In this document: piece after piece, positions 8,139-17,292 of the stretch
How the letters are laid out: each line of letters opens with the position of its first letter
Position numbering within the stretch: the first letter of the stretch is position 1
Made by a program: the position numbers and the translations under genes
Origin: a virus
DNA length: 64,000 nucleotides
Reading direction: 5' to 3' (one strand)
IMG/VR virus record: IMGVR_UViG_3300043449_002292
Location: 1 to 64,000 of that record
Notes under the pieces: model-generated
Told to the model about the DNA's origin: nothing
Databases searched by the model: none
The model's input: only the letters and a program-made list of their open reading frames with translations

Positions 8139-8557
8139 CCCTCTTTCTTCGTGCTGCAGCTGTCGCACAAAGTTCGGACCCACCCGCCGCTCCTGGGCTT
8201 ACCAAGCGCGCCGCAGACCTCGCAGGTCCTGTACGACAAAGCCTCGGCCATCGAGATCAGACCACGAACGTATTCGTCCGAGTTATCCACGTAGAAGCGA
8301 AGCCCACCGAACTTCTCCTTCACCTGAACCGCGCGAACCTGGACCCTCTCATCGAACTCCTCAACGGTCATGTGCTTCTTCGCACGATGATGGTTCATAT
8401 GCTGCTGGATGTGGGCACACAGAGCGTCGATAATTTCAAACCATCCATCACTGCACTCGAAGCCGAAGCACATGAGTGTCACTTTCGGATCACCGTCCCT
8501 GTCCCTGAAGATCTGTGGGTACCGCTCACACAGCTCCTTGTCTCTCTCAGGTGTCAT
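8135..8557 (-). CDS. conserved phage protein with C-terminal Zn finger
   Basis: GW..II; QVKEKFGGLRFY; CEVCG...CDSC. Confidence 0.85.
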   Translation of the reverse strand: MTPERDKELCERYPQIFRDRDGDPKVTLMCFGFECSDGWFEIIDALCAHIQQHMNHHRAKKHMTVEEFDERVQVRAVQVKEKFGGLRFYVDNSDEYVRGLISMAEALSYRTCEVCGALGKPRSGGWVRTLCDSCSTKKEG

Positions 8558-8781
8558 CGCTCCTCCTGAGCGTCACGCGTCCGCTGCTTTCCGAGCATCA
8601 TCTCGAGCGCCTCGATCAAAATCCGCTGGAATCCCTCGGCATCGTCCACCTGCAGTCCGAAAGCAGCGTAGAACTCCGTCTCCTTCCCGTCCTCGATCTC
8701 GAAGACGAGACGCATCCCGCCACCTTCGATGGGTTCCTCGGTGATTCCGATGAGTCCGGGAACCTCAGTAACCGGTGCCAT
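8554..8781 (-). CDS. hypothetical protein
   Basis: GGAGG SD, ATGA coupling. Confidence 0.65.
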   Translation of the reverse strand: MAPVTEVPGLIGITEEPIEGGGMRLVFEIEDGKETEFYAAFGLQVDDAEGFQRILIEALEMMLGKQRTRDAQEER

Positions 8782-9112
8782 CGTTCCTCCCGCCGGGAAG
8801 CCGCTCGATCAGACCGGGATAGTAACCCGTGCCCTCCTTCAGGTGCCGAACCAGGTTCTGGGGACCGTAACCGTCCGGGTCACAGTGCGCATCCCAATGC
8901 TCGGTGATCTCATCGTGCGCGGCCATCATCACGGTCCGAAGACGCAGGTTCTCCTGTGAGAGCCGGGTGACCTCGGCCTGCAGCGCCTGGACGCGATTGG
9001 GCTCACTCACCCACTGGGCGAACTGACGGACGATCCCTTTCTCAGACTCCAGGAGCTTCCTGATGTCCTCCTCATCGATGTGATGCAACCACTTGGGTAA
9101 AGATTCACTCAT
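8765..9112 (-). CDS. hypothetical coiled-coil protein
   Basis: start MSESLP with GAGGAG SD. Confidence 0.65.
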   Translation of the reverse strand: MSESLPKWLHHIDEEDIRKLLESEKGIVRQFAQWVSEPNRVQALQAEVTRLSQENLRLRTVMMAAHDEITEHWDAHCDPDGYGPQNLVRHLKEGTGYYPGLIERLPGGRNDGTGY

Positions 9113-9446
9113 CTCTGCTCTCCTCTTCGTGCTTCCGTGCAAGACTGCTGAGCCAGCTGTTGAGCGTCTCAGGATCGAAATCCTGCTTCTTGTGATCCAT
9201 CGAGGGGTCCTGACCCCACCGGGAAGCCATCCAGCCCTCGACAATTTTCCGCCAGAGCGTCACGTCGATCTGGAGTCTGAGGCTCGGACAGCTCAACTCT
9301 CCATCTCGCCAATCAACGGTGGCCGTTTCGAGGGAAGCCGTCCATCCCTCACCATCAAGGTGCAGGTAGACGTTGTCGTTCTCGAAGCATTCCTGGTAGA
9401 GGTGGAAGTCCCTTTGATCGTATGCGATGGTGCATCGTGTGCTCAT
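9105..9446 (-). CDS. conserved hypothetical protein
   Basis: MSTRCTI...FHLYQECF...VYL pattern; leaderless promoter upstream. Confidence 0.75.
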   Translation of the reverse strand: MSTRCTIAYDQRDFHLYQECFENDNVYLHLDGEGWTASLETATVDWRDGELSCPSLRLQIDVTLWRKIVEGWMASRWGQDPSMDHKKQDFDPETLNSWLSSLARKHEEESRDE

Positions 9447-9452
9447 GAGTTT

Positions 9453-9481
9453 ACTATAAATTGGTAAACCACATTTTGCAT
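9453..9481 (-). promoter_or_regulatory. class I promoter ATGCAA-N17-TATAGT (leaderless)
   Basis: 17-nt spacer; ATG 7 nt from the -10 box. Confidence 0.6.
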
Positions 9482-9544
9482 CATGATCGTGAAATTTGTG
9501 AGGAGCCCTCCTGCGTTCGACAGGAATTCCACTCGCGGTTTGAG

Positions 9545-10681
9545 CTACGCCGTTGCGGTGCTCAAACCTGCCGCCTTACCGGCTGCGTTCAACGCGGCCG
9601 CGTAAGCACGATTAGGCGCCGAGCGTGCAGCGGTGAGGGCGGCCTCGGCAGCACTGCTCCCAGCAGTCTTCGCAATCTGAGCGACCACGTTGGGGAGCTC
9701 CGCGGCTGAGATCAGCGTCGATTTTCCAGCGCCCTTCCCAAGGCCTGTCAGCATGAGCATGCCGTCCTTGCTTAACGTGAGGCCGACCTGCTTCGACGCG
9801 CCGCCCGCCGTCGTGTAAGCGAACTTTGGCACCGTCGCGAGAAGCTTCTCGATCTGCGCTGGCGCAAATTTGGCAACTGCCTCCACACCCTGCCTGCCCG
9901 CCACGCCGAGCGCGTTCTTTCCGAACTCGATCAAGCTCGTTATGGCAGCCTTAACCTCAGTAACTGCCGTTGGCGCCGCCGCAGCGACCTTCTCGACTAT
10001 CTTCGTGAAGGTGCCGCTGCCAGGAAGTTTGGCAATCTGCCCCTTGATCGCGTTGAAGATCTTTGTTATGTTGGGAACTATTTTGGTTTCAACGAACGTA
10101 AGCCCCTTCAGCAGGGGCCCCTCGGCCTGCACAGCACCCTGAACGATTGTTTTGTTGATGGCCGACAAACCCTTGAATGCTTCTGCCGCGCCAGCGGCGA
10201 TGGAGCTGCCAAGTCCTCTTGCCCATTCACCGAGAGTAACGAAAGGCTTCATTAGCTTTCCAAGAGCGCCAGCTTCTCCGAAGATGCCGGAGGGTTCGAT
10301 CGCCGCGGCAGAGAACAGGCAGAAAAGCACATTCATGTAAAAGTCGAAGCCAGATGATGAGAAAATCTTGCTGCCGTAGTAGAGAACACCCGCGGCTCCG
10401 AATGCTGACCCGACCCCGAGCTGAGCGAGTCCTGGAAGGCTTCCAACAGCCTGACCGAGGCCAAGTGTGATATCTGCGAAGAGGCCCTCGTTTAGCTGCT
10501 CACGATCAACAGCGCCTGTCTGTAGAGCATATCGTAGAATCTTGCGCTCCTCTGCGATGATGATGCTCGCGAGCGCCTGGTTCTGCATGACTTCCAGCAG
10601 GGCTCCATGAATCTCCATGGAGTCAAGCTCTTTCTCTATCAGGAGAGCTTCTCTAAGAATCCTATGCGTGCTTGTTCTCAT
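9545..10681 (-). CDS. Ala/Gly-rich helical putative virion/ejection protein
   Basis: RILRE tag, LNE|G site, hydrophobic helices, ATATTTA motif upstream. Confidence 0.7.
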   Translation of the reverse strand: MRTSTHRILREALLIEKELDSMEIHGALLEVMQNQALASIIIAEERKILRYALQTGAVDREQLNEGLFADITLGLGQAVGSLPGLAQLGVGSAFGAAGVLYYGSKIFSSSGFDFYMNVLFCLFSAAAIEPSGIFGEAGALGKLMKPFVTLGEWARGLGSSIAAGAAEAFKGLSAINKTIVQGAVQAEGPLLKGLTFVETKIVPNITKIFNAIKGQIAKLPGSGTFTKIVEKVAAAAPTAVTEVKAAITSLIEFGKNALGVAGRQGVEAVAKFAPAQIEKLLATVPKFAYTTAGGASKQVGLTLSKDGMLMLTGLGKGAGKSTLISAAELPNVVAQIAKTAGSSAAEAALTAARSAPNRAYAAALNAAGKAAGLSTATA

Positions 10682-10721
10682 TTGTCACCGCATTTAAATA
10701 TACGTTGACGAGATCTTTTCA

Positions 10722-11225
10722 CTAGCGGATCTCAATTTTCACATCAACCACCGAGAAGGCGACCTGCGTCACCCACGGTGCGTCATCCTGCACGTCAAGC
10801 TCTCCGAACCCCATCGCCCCCGGGGTTGCCTGCATCGCCCAGGTCTCGATAGGAGTGCCATCGGAGTGCAGCACCTTGATCTCAATCTTTCGTGGAAGCG
10901 GCTTCATGAGCCAGGACCGGAAATAGCTATTGAGGGCAATCTCGGGCACGTTGATCGTCTCGATCGTGAGATCACCACGATCGATCATCCCGGATGTGAA
11001 CGTGGGCAGCTTGATCCCGGTAAGCGGGACATCGGCGCTGAGACCTTCGATCCGCATGATCCAGGGAGATCGCTTCATCGTGAAGCCCTTCTCGGCCTCC
11101 TCAACAACCTCCTCAACAACCTCCTCGACAGCCTCAGCGACAGCCTCGAGGATCTTCAGCTCCTCCGGCGGAGCCTCGATAACTGCCGCCTTCCGAGGCG
11201 CTCGAACCCTCTTCTTCTCGCTCAT
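10722..11225 (-). CDS. tail-tube (T4 gp19-like) related protein
   Basis: IxIKVL..DGT.IETW...P...FGELD pattern; acidic N-terminal extension. Confidence 0.5.
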   Translation of the reverse strand: MSEKKRVRAPRKAAVIEAPPEELKILEAVAEAVEEVVEEVVEEAEKGFTMKRSPWIMRIEGLSADVPLTGIKLPTFTSGMIDRGDLTIETINVPEIALNSYFRSWLMKPLPRKIEIKVLHSDGTPIETWAMQATPGAMGFGELDVQDDAPWVTQVAFSVVDVKIEIR

Positions 11226-11237
11226 TTGAACTCCTGA

Positions 11238-11477
11238 TCAATTGTAATCAAGTTGGGATCGGTTTTTAACTTTCCCGAGATCCATCGCCAGGCATATGAG
11301 CTTTCCGAACCTCGGGTGCAGCACGCCGAGTGTGGGGATACCCTGGGTGATCACCTCGGTGTTAAGATCGCACAGCATGACGATCTCACCTGCCTGAAGA
11401 TGATGATCGACCCGACCCCTCCAACCGTAGGTGTTGTTCTTCACCCTCAGCAGATCACCTAGCTTGACGTTTTCCAT
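11238..11477 (-). CDS. SH3-like protein (VKLGDLLRV)
   Basis: family motif; leaderless promoter. Confidence 0.7.
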   Translation of the reverse strand: MENVKLGDLLRVKNNTYGWRGRVDHHLQAGEIVMLCDLNTEVITQGIPTLGVLHPRFGKLICLAMDLGKVKNRSQLDYN

Positions 11478-11483
11478 ATCATT

Positions 11484-11512
11484 ATTTTACCACAGGTCGG
11501 CTGCGGTTGCAC
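11484..11512 (-). promoter_or_regulatory. class I promoter GTGCAA-N17-TAAAAT
   Basis: motif and spacing. Confidence 0.75.
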
Positions 11513-12211
11513 CTAAACCGTTAACCGTCTGTCGATGAGATCATTGATGAGGTCCCAGGCTTCCTGTATCTCGCCCGTCCTGCGTAGAACGCGATACGCG
11601 AGGTTCTCATTCGAGAGCTCACCGTCACGCTCCAGCCCAGCCTTCCGGAGCTTGGTGATACGCTTCATGGCGGCCAGCAGGGGCCCCTCCTCCTGTGAAT
11701 CGGAGGCCCTGCGGATCACCTCACGAAAATCCTGCACCTTGCCCATCACCTTCGACTCATCGAATGATGCACCATCATCCGGTGGCTCCAGAGCCCATTC
11801 ATTCCGGGTGATGCTCCAGCGGCCCGTCACCTCGGGAGGATCCTCGTTGACATCCTCGACGTAGACCTCGACCGGAATACCCCTGACTGTGATGTCGTGC
11901 TCCTCCTCCCACTTGAATTTCGCGAGCTTGCAGGCTCGCTGGGCAGCCTCTGAATCGTCGAAGGAGCTGAGGTCTGCGATGATGTGGAGGTCAAGGTCGC
12001 TGCCCGGTCCCCAGGTTTTCCCCGCATAGCTGCCGGTCAGGATGACGTCCTCAACGTCGAGATCAAGCTCGAGCTCCTCGAGAAAGCGTTCCGCGATCCG
12101 AGCGAGGGCATTCGCGACGTCGGGTCTGAGGCCCTCAGGGGTCCATACCCTCTCGCTGAGCCACGACTTCGGCCTGATCGAGCTTATCGCAGCCCGCGTG
12201 TCCAATCTCAA
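11513..12211 (-). CDS. Pol-beta superfamily nucleotidyltransferase
   Basis: LTGS...SDLDLH, VEVYVE, ENLAYRVLRR. Confidence 0.8.
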   Translation of the reverse strand: MRLDTRAAISSIRPKSWLSERVWTPEGLRPDVANALARIAERFLEELELDLDVEDVILTGSYAGKTWGPGSDLDLHIIADLSSFDDSEAAQRACKLAKFKWEEEHDITVRGIPVEVYVEDVNEDPPEVTGRWSITRNEWALEPPDDGASFDESKVMGKVQDFREVIRRASDSQEEGPLLAAMKRITKLRKAGLERDGELSNENLAYRVLRRTGEIQEAWDLINDLIDRRLTV

Positions 12212-12519
12212 TCCTCGGTCGGGCGACCCATCGGGGCGCGCTCGACGTCGTCCAGCGCCGGCTCCTCGAGGTTGCGGTAGAGCGTGCGTGAGGAGACGCC
12301 CAGGTTCTTCGCTGCGTCAGGAACTCGGCCGTCAGACTTCGCCATCGCGTTGTAGATGCTGTTGCGCCAGTCGAGAGGGTCCTTGATACGGGTGGCGAGC
12401 AGGTCCGTGATGTTCTGAGGCTTGTAGAACTTGCGTGACTTCTTCTTACGTTGACGCTTCTTCTCATCGAGGATCGTCTCCTCGACAAACTCACGGATTA
12501 GCTGCTCGATCTTGTCCAT
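12208..12519 (-). CDS. Fis-type HTH DNA-binding protein
   Basis: AAKNLGVSSRTLYR. Confidence 0.75.
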   Translation of the reverse strand: MDKIEQLIREFVEETILDEKKRQRKKKSRKFYKPQNITDLLATRIKDPLDWRNSIYNAMAKSDGRVPDAAKNLGVSSRTLYRNLEEPALDDVERAPMGRPTED

Positions 12520-12523
12520 GCTT

Positions 12524-12790
12524 TTAGGTATTTCGCTCGTCCGCTTTCTTGGACGAAAAATTGTCCTTGGCATGTGCAAGTGCCCCACGTCGCACACCAA
12601 TCTCTCGGTCCAGGTACCAGCGGGCTTTCTCGAGATCCTCGATGAACGCGTCAGGATCCTTGATCCCGTTGCGGCTGATATACTTCACCACGTTTCCGAG
12701 GTTGAAATTCAACTGCCACGCATCGATAACATCGATTGCCTCGTGACCAGTATCCTTCCGGTAGTGAGCAGGGTGGTCGACAGCGTTCAT
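12524..12790 (-). CDS. DUF3310-family protein
   Basis: VDHPAHY...GNVVKY..R...EDLEKARWYL. Confidence 0.85.
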   Translation of the reverse strand: MNAVDHPAHYRKDTGHEAIDVIDAWQLNFNLGNVVKYISRNGIKDPDAFIEDLEKARWYLDREIGVRRGALAHAKDNFSSKKADERNT

Positions 12791-12900
12791 TCCCAAACCT
12801 CAGTGAGGCAGGAACCCGCTGCGATCGTCGGATCCCCGCCGGAGGCGAGGAAGTAGGCCCAGAGCTCAATCTCGTAGTTCATTCTCTCGATCTTCGTCAT
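12787..12900 (-). CDS. 37-aa hypothetical peptide
   Basis: fills the gap with ATGA overlaps at both ends. Confidence 0.45.
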   Translation of the reverse strand: MTKIERMNYEIELWAYFLASGGDPTIAAGSCLTEVWE

Positions 12901-13361
12901 TTCTTCTCCACAACCCAGTTCGCGTATGATTTCAGGTCACGATTCCTCATATCGTGGTAGGACTCGTAGTTGATCTCCAACCCCATCCCTCGCGCGAAGC
13001 GCTCACCGATCACCCACGCCTCCCACTCCTCACCGAGAACCTCGGTCCTGACGCGTAGGGTCTCGCGGCTCCGTTCATTCCGATGCTTGAACTCATCGGA
13101 ATGGGGAAATCGTAGGCTGTAATCGGGCGCCTCCGAGAGGAGGATATGACCGATCTCGTGCAGCAGACCGAAGAGCTGGCTCTCAGGTGTCCTGCCCGGA
13201 TTGAGGACGATCATCCGCCGTGTGAAGTTCACATGATCGTCCTCGGATCGGCTCCACTCAAGGTCCCAGCCACGCTCGTTGAGCCATGTCTCGATCTTGA
13301 TGAAAGATTGCGGGATCGGATTACCCATGAACAGCGCGTCGCGCAGGAAGATGGGTCGCAC
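12897..13361 (-). CDS. HExxH metallopeptidase-like protein (ImmA/IrrE-like)
   Basis: LLHEIGH...EE.EAW. Confidence 0.7.
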   Translation of the reverse strand: MRPIFLRDALFMGNPIPQSFIKIETWLNERGWDLEWSRSEDDHVNFTRRMIVLNPGRTPESQLFGLLHEIGHILLSEAPDYSLRFPHSDEFKHRNERSRETLRVRTEVLGEEWEAWVIGERFARGMGLEINYESYHDMRNRDLKSYANWVVEKK

Positions 13362-13364
13362 GGA

Positions 13365-13568
13365 TCACTCTCGCATCAGATCGTTGATGTCCGCCGTGAA
13401 GCTCTCGCTCCCACCCTGTGGGATATCAAGACGGACGATCGCTAGGAACTTTCGAGCAGAGGTGCCGCCCTCGAAGTGCTCAGTTCCCGCCCGTTCCACG
13501 AGCTGCGTCACGGTGCCGATCAGCTTACCGTTGTAGACATGACTCACCCTATCGCCGACCTTTATCAT
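13365..13568 (-). CDS. SH3-like protein (IKVGDRV)
   Basis: family motif, GGAG SD. Confidence 0.7.
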   Translation of the reverse strand: MIKVGDRVSHVYNGKLIGTVTQLVERAGTEHFEGGTSARKFLAIVRLDIPQGGSESFTADINDLMRE

Positions 13569-13579
13569 CTGATCTCCAT

Positions 13580-13816
13580 TTAGGCTGATGTTCTCTGCGC
13601 CTTCTGTATTATAGCATCCGCCACCAGGAGATTACCAATCACGAAATCATTTTGCATGATATCATCGATGTCGACGGAGGTCGGTAGCGGTAACCGCTCC
13701 AGCTTCATGATGTAGGTGCTGAGGGTGAGAGAATAGTAGAGGTTATTGGCGATCGTCTCAGCGTTGTTCCTCGCCCTCTCAAATGGTCCCCTCGATTTTA
13801 CTAAGCTCATCATCAT
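13580..13816 (-). CDS. hypothetical protein
   Basis: GGGAGG SD; CTATTTA upstream. Confidence 0.6.
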   Translation of the reverse strand: MMMSLVKSRGPFERARNNAETIANNLYYSLTLSTYIMKLERLPLPTSVDIDDIMQNDFVIGNLLVADAIIQKAQRTSA

Positions 13817-13866
13817 GCTGGCCTCCCTCGATTAAATAGGTCGAGGATGGGACCAACACAGGTAGT

Positions 13867-14265
13867 TTAGCCGACGCCTGCGTGCCCGTTCGATGCAGTG
13901 ATCGGAAGGAATTGGTTCTGCGGAATGTTTGTCAGCCCTGCGATCACCTGGTAACGGACGTTCGTGCCGACGCTGCAGGAGATATACAGGGAAATGGTTC
14001 GTAGCTCATCTCGGAACGATACACCCTGTCCTAGCGTGAAGTAATTACCTGCCGCTGCTGACAACCCGTTCTGGGTCATCGCAACAGCGATCTCATCGGT
14101 GTTAACGGTCCCCACATTCTGCACGTTGAAGAAGCGCGTCACCTGCGGAAAGCTGATCGAGTGCACCTGACCTGCTGAGATCGTGGAACCCGTAATGTAT
14201 GGGATCGCAGACGCCTGGTAAGCGGGCACGTAGCCCTCATTAATAACTGGATAACTGAGACCCAT
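13867..14265 (-). CDS. putative virion protein, paralog of 58185-58562
   Basis: PAYQ.SA.P..T..FP.VTRFF...NYF...AGLT.IP shared with the paralog. Confidence 0.75.
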   Translation of the reverse strand: MGLSYPVINEGYVPAYQASAIPYITGSTISAGQVHSISFPQVTRFFNVQNVGTVNTDEIAVAMTQNGLSAAAGNYFTLGQGVSFRDELRTISLYISCSVGTNVRYQVIAGLTNIPQNQFLPITASNGHAGVG

Positions 14266-14281
14266 ACACACCTCTTGGGGA

Positions 14282-14289
14282 ATAATTAT
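14282..14289. promoter_or_regulatory. palindromic ATAATTAT, putative bidirectional class II promoter
   Basis: lies between divergent genes; reads ATAnTTA on both strands. Confidence 0.5.
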
Positions 14290-14310
14290 CAGGCAGCCGG
14301 AGAAAGTATA

Positions 14311-15831
14311 ATGTCAGGATTCGCTTCGATCGCAAGAAATGGTGGCCAGGGAGCCGGCGGGAGCAACACGGCGAACGCTTCGCAGACCTCACAGTTCGGT
14401 GAGACCCTTGTCGCGCAGCTCACACCCTCTGCGCAGGCAACATTCGTTCACGGCCTGAACATTATCAACTTCATCACCCGCTCGATCGGCGCAGGATCAT
14501 CGGTGACGTCCTACAGCGGAAGCGCCTTTCTCCAATCTGGCACCGCGACGACGGGATCCGCCGCGATCCAGATGCGTCGCGGCCTCACCTACCGTCCGGG
14601 CCAGGGATCACTGTGCCGTGTAACCAGCATCTTCGGGCCTCCTGTCGCTGATACCTACCAACTCTGCGGTATGGGTAACGTCGAAGCGGGATTCTACTTC
14701 GGTTACCAGGGGCTCGACTTCGGAGTTCACCACTTCACAGGAGCCCTGCGAGAAGTTCGGACTCTCACGATACCTGCCGGAGGAGTCGGTCTTGGTGCGT
14801 CAGTTACGGTGACTCTCAACGGTCAGTCGAAGACTTTCACAATCAATGGCGGATCAGACCGCAATCAGACTTCGTGGGAGATTTCATATCAGGATTGGAC
14901 AAACGTCGGTGGTGGGTGGGTCGCAGAAGCCTACGACGGTGTGATATACTTCATCGCGTTGCGAACAGGTGCTCGAACTGGGACGTACAGCACGACTATC
15001 GCTAGCGCGGAGTTCGCGCGGTACATCGCCGGGTCCTCGGTCGCCGGTACCTTCGTCTCGCAGTCGGCCTGGAACATCGACACGATGGATGGCAATGGAC
15101 CGAGCAGAATGATCCTCGATAAGACGAAGGGCAATGTCTACCAGATCGGATTCCAGTATCTCGGATTCGGCAACACGAGGTTCGCGATCGAGGATCCACA
15201 GACCGGCCAGTTTCAGGCCTGTCACATGATTCGACAGGCAAACTCCCGTCTCACACCGGTCCTGAGCGATCCGCACGTCTCGGTAATCTGGACGACCTCG
15301 AACGCGGGATCCACAACGTCAACGCACATGACGGGAACCTCGGGAGCGATCTTCTGTGAGGGTGAGGTCGCCCGCAACATCGGGCCTGCTTTCTCTGCCT
15401 ACGGCGTGAACATCGACGTTGGGACTGCGGAAGAGCCGATCCTCACAGTGAGAAGCAACAGGATCTTCAGAGGCACCGTCGGTTACGGCGAGATGGACGT
15501 CAGCACGCTCTCGGTGACGGTGCCTAGCACGGGAAACCACTACATCACCCTAAGGCTCTACAAGAATCTCAGGCTGACCGGACCTGTAAACTTTGTGAAT
15601 GTCAACGCCGACCAGTCAATTGCCTCATACGATACTGCAGCAACAGGATTCGACACGAACCAGAACACCCTGGTGGCGACCTACGTCATCCCATTTGGAG
15701 GCTCTATCAACCTTGACTTGAAGGGTGATAACTTCTTCCTGTCAGTTGGAGAGTCGCTGACAATCACGGGTCAGTCGACCCTCGCGGGCGCTGATGTTGC
15801 GTGCGCTGTCACATGGTTCGAAGATCAGTGA
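14311..15831 (+). CDS. beta-rich virion structural protein
   Basis: long Gly/Thr/Ser-rich ORF; YRPGQG...FQYLGFG motifs seen in phage structural proteins. Confidence 0.75.
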   Translation: MSGFASIARNGGQGAGGSNTANASQTSQFGETLVAQLTPSAQATFVHGLNIINFITRSIGAGSSVTSYSGSAFLQSGTATTGSAAIQMRRGLTYRPGQGSLCRVTSIFGPPVADTYQLCGMGNVEAGFYFGYQGLDFGVHHFTGALREVRTLTIPAGGVGLGASVTVTLNGQSKTFTINGGSDRNQTSWEISYQDWTNVGGGWVAEAYDGVIYFIALRTGARTGTYSTTIASAEFARYIAGSSVAGTFVSQSAWNIDTMDGNGPSRMILDKTKGNVYQIGFQYLGFGNTRFAIEDPQTGQFQACHMIRQANSRLTPVLSDPHVSVIWTTSNAGSTTSTHMTGTSGAIFCEGEVARNIGPAFSAYGVNIDVGTAEEPILTVRSNRIFRGTVGYGEMDVSTLSVTVPSTGNHYITLRLYKNLRLTGPVNFVNVNADQSIASYDTAATGFDTNQNTLVATYVIPFGGSINLDLKGDNFFLSVGESLTITGQSTLAGADVACAVTWFEDQ

Positions 15832-15832
15832 G

Positions 15833-16849
15833 CTAAGCCGCCCGCTTCTTGGTGAGGCGCTCCGCAGCCTTCTTCTCCTTGTCCTTCCGGGCGATCTCAT
15901 TGATCTTCTCGTCGGTGGTGCCACGCTGCTCGTCGTAGAAAGCCGACATGTTCCGGCCGGTGACGAGCTGGATGACCGCGAGCTCCTTCGCCTTCGCCTC
16001 GACAACGCAGTCGATCTCGAGACCGTGAGGATCGACGGGACCATCGACGAAGTTGGAGTGGGCGGTGGCAGCGACATCACGACCCTCACGCTCGCGGGCC
16101 GACTCGGAGTAATGGGTGACAGGGCGGATACCGGCCGGCCAGGTGCTCGCTGCGAGGTGAAGGGCATCACGTTCGGAGAGGCCGCCATCGCAGAACTTGT
16201 GATGGTGATAGTCGAAGACGACCGGCGTCCCGGTGCGCTGCCAGACGGTGTGGAGATCGACGACGCTGTAGCACTTCGCCTTGTCATCGTTCTCGACCGT
16301 GAGACGTCGCTTGACATTCTCGGGCACCCGCTCGAAGTTGCGGCACCAGCGATCCATCGACTCCTCCTTCTGGCCGAAGGCGCCGCCGAGGTGGATGTTG
16401 ATCTTCGCCTCGGGGGTGTTGGGCAGGCCGATGGCGTCCATGATCTCACCGTGGATGCGGAGGTCACGGATGCAGTTGGCGACGACGTGCTCGCGGGGGG
16501 AGGTCAGGCAGTTGAACTGGCCCGGGTGGAAAGAGAGGCGCTGACCACCCTCACGGGCAAGCTTACCGGCGAGCTCGAGGGTGCTTCGAATTGCCTGCCA
16601 GTCGGGTAGCTGCTCGAACTCGTATTCCGAGGCCCACGGGGCCAGGTCGGAGGTCATCCGATACACCTGGATCCCATTGGTGTTGTTCCATTGGATGATT
16701 CCGCAGAGTGTCTCCACATTCTCCAGGGTGAGGCGGGATGCGTGCTGCAGGCCCTTCTCGGCGAATGTGCGCTTGATCATCGATCGAAAGCCACCCTTCT
16801 TCGGACCGAGGGTCATGTTGAGACAGGCGTAGCCGAAACGAGTTGCCAT
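15833..16849 (-). CDS. uvsE: UV-damage endonuclease
   Basis: GYAC, R.TSDLAP, SFHPGQF, TVENDD, VFDYHHH, HYS, EAKAKE. Confidence 0.95.
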   Translation of the reverse strand: MATRFGYACLNMTLGPKKGGFRSMIKRTFAEKGLQHASRLTLENVETLCGIIQWNNTNGIQVYRMTSDLAPWASEYEFEQLPDWQAIRSTLELAGKLAREGGQRLSFHPGQFNCLTSPREHVVANCIRDLRIHGEIMDAIGLPNTPEAKINIHLGGAFGQKEESMDRWCRNFERVPENVKRRLTVENDDKAKCYSVVDLHTVWQRTGTPVVFDYHHHKFCDGGLSERDALHLAASTWPAGIRPVTHYSESAREREGRDVAATAHSNFVDGPVDPHGLEIDCVVEAKAKELAVIQLVTGRNMSAFYDEQRGTTDEKINEIARKDKEKKAAERLTKKRAA

Positions 16850-16866
16850 GGTTAACCTCCAATCCT

Positions 16867-16895
16867 ATCCTACCATGGATTGAAGGCTATTGCAT
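16867..16895 (-). promoter_or_regulatory. class I promoter ATGCAA-N17-TAGGAT
   Basis: motif and spacing upstream of uvsE. Confidence 0.65.
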
Positions 16896-16915
16896 GGGTT
16901 CAGGACGGGTCGGCC

Positions 16916-17266
16916 CTAGTAATCTTCCTCTTCCATGTCCTCATCGGACTCGAGATCCTCGGTCTCACCCACGGCCCAGTCATTCACGTAACTCTTCAGA
17001 TGCTCGCACATGTCATCGATCATGCCCATGACCTCATCCTTCACGCGCGCCGGACGTGATGCACCGCGGCTGAGCATGTCCGCGATATCGATCGCGTAGC
17101 GCTCCATGATGCCGTTAAAGTCCAACTCAGGAATATCATCGTCGTCCATCTCGGGTGGGGGTGATCCGTAGACAGCCTCGATCTCCTCGGGGAAAGAACC
17201 CTCACGAAGGGCACGTTTCGCCTCTTCCTTGATAATCCTACGCATCATTGACTCGGTCAATCTCAT
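16916..17266 (-). CDS. acidic protein with RRIIKEE N-terminal tag
   Basis: MRLTESMMRRIIKEE...ALRE. Confidence 0.75.
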   Translation of the reverse strand: MRLTESMMRRIIKEEAKRALREGSFPEEIEAVYGSPPPEMDDDDIPELDFNGIMERYAIDIADMLSRGASRPARVKDEVMGMIDDMCEHLKSYVNDWAVGETEDLESDEDMEEEDY

Positions 17267-17283
17267 AATTACCTCTCCTCGTG

Positions 17284-17291
17284 ATAATTAT
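17284..17291. promoter_or_regulatory. palindromic ATAATTAT, putative bidirectional class II promoter
   Basis: between divergent genes. Confidence 0.5.
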
Positions 17292-17292
17292 A

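Noticed and set aside
15794-16609. Long plus-strand ORFs antisense to real genes (also 23539-24207, 43441-44196, 61443-62111, 50448-50987)
   Set aside because: They are shadow frames of GC-rich genes with clear motifs on the minus strand, and show no motif of their own.
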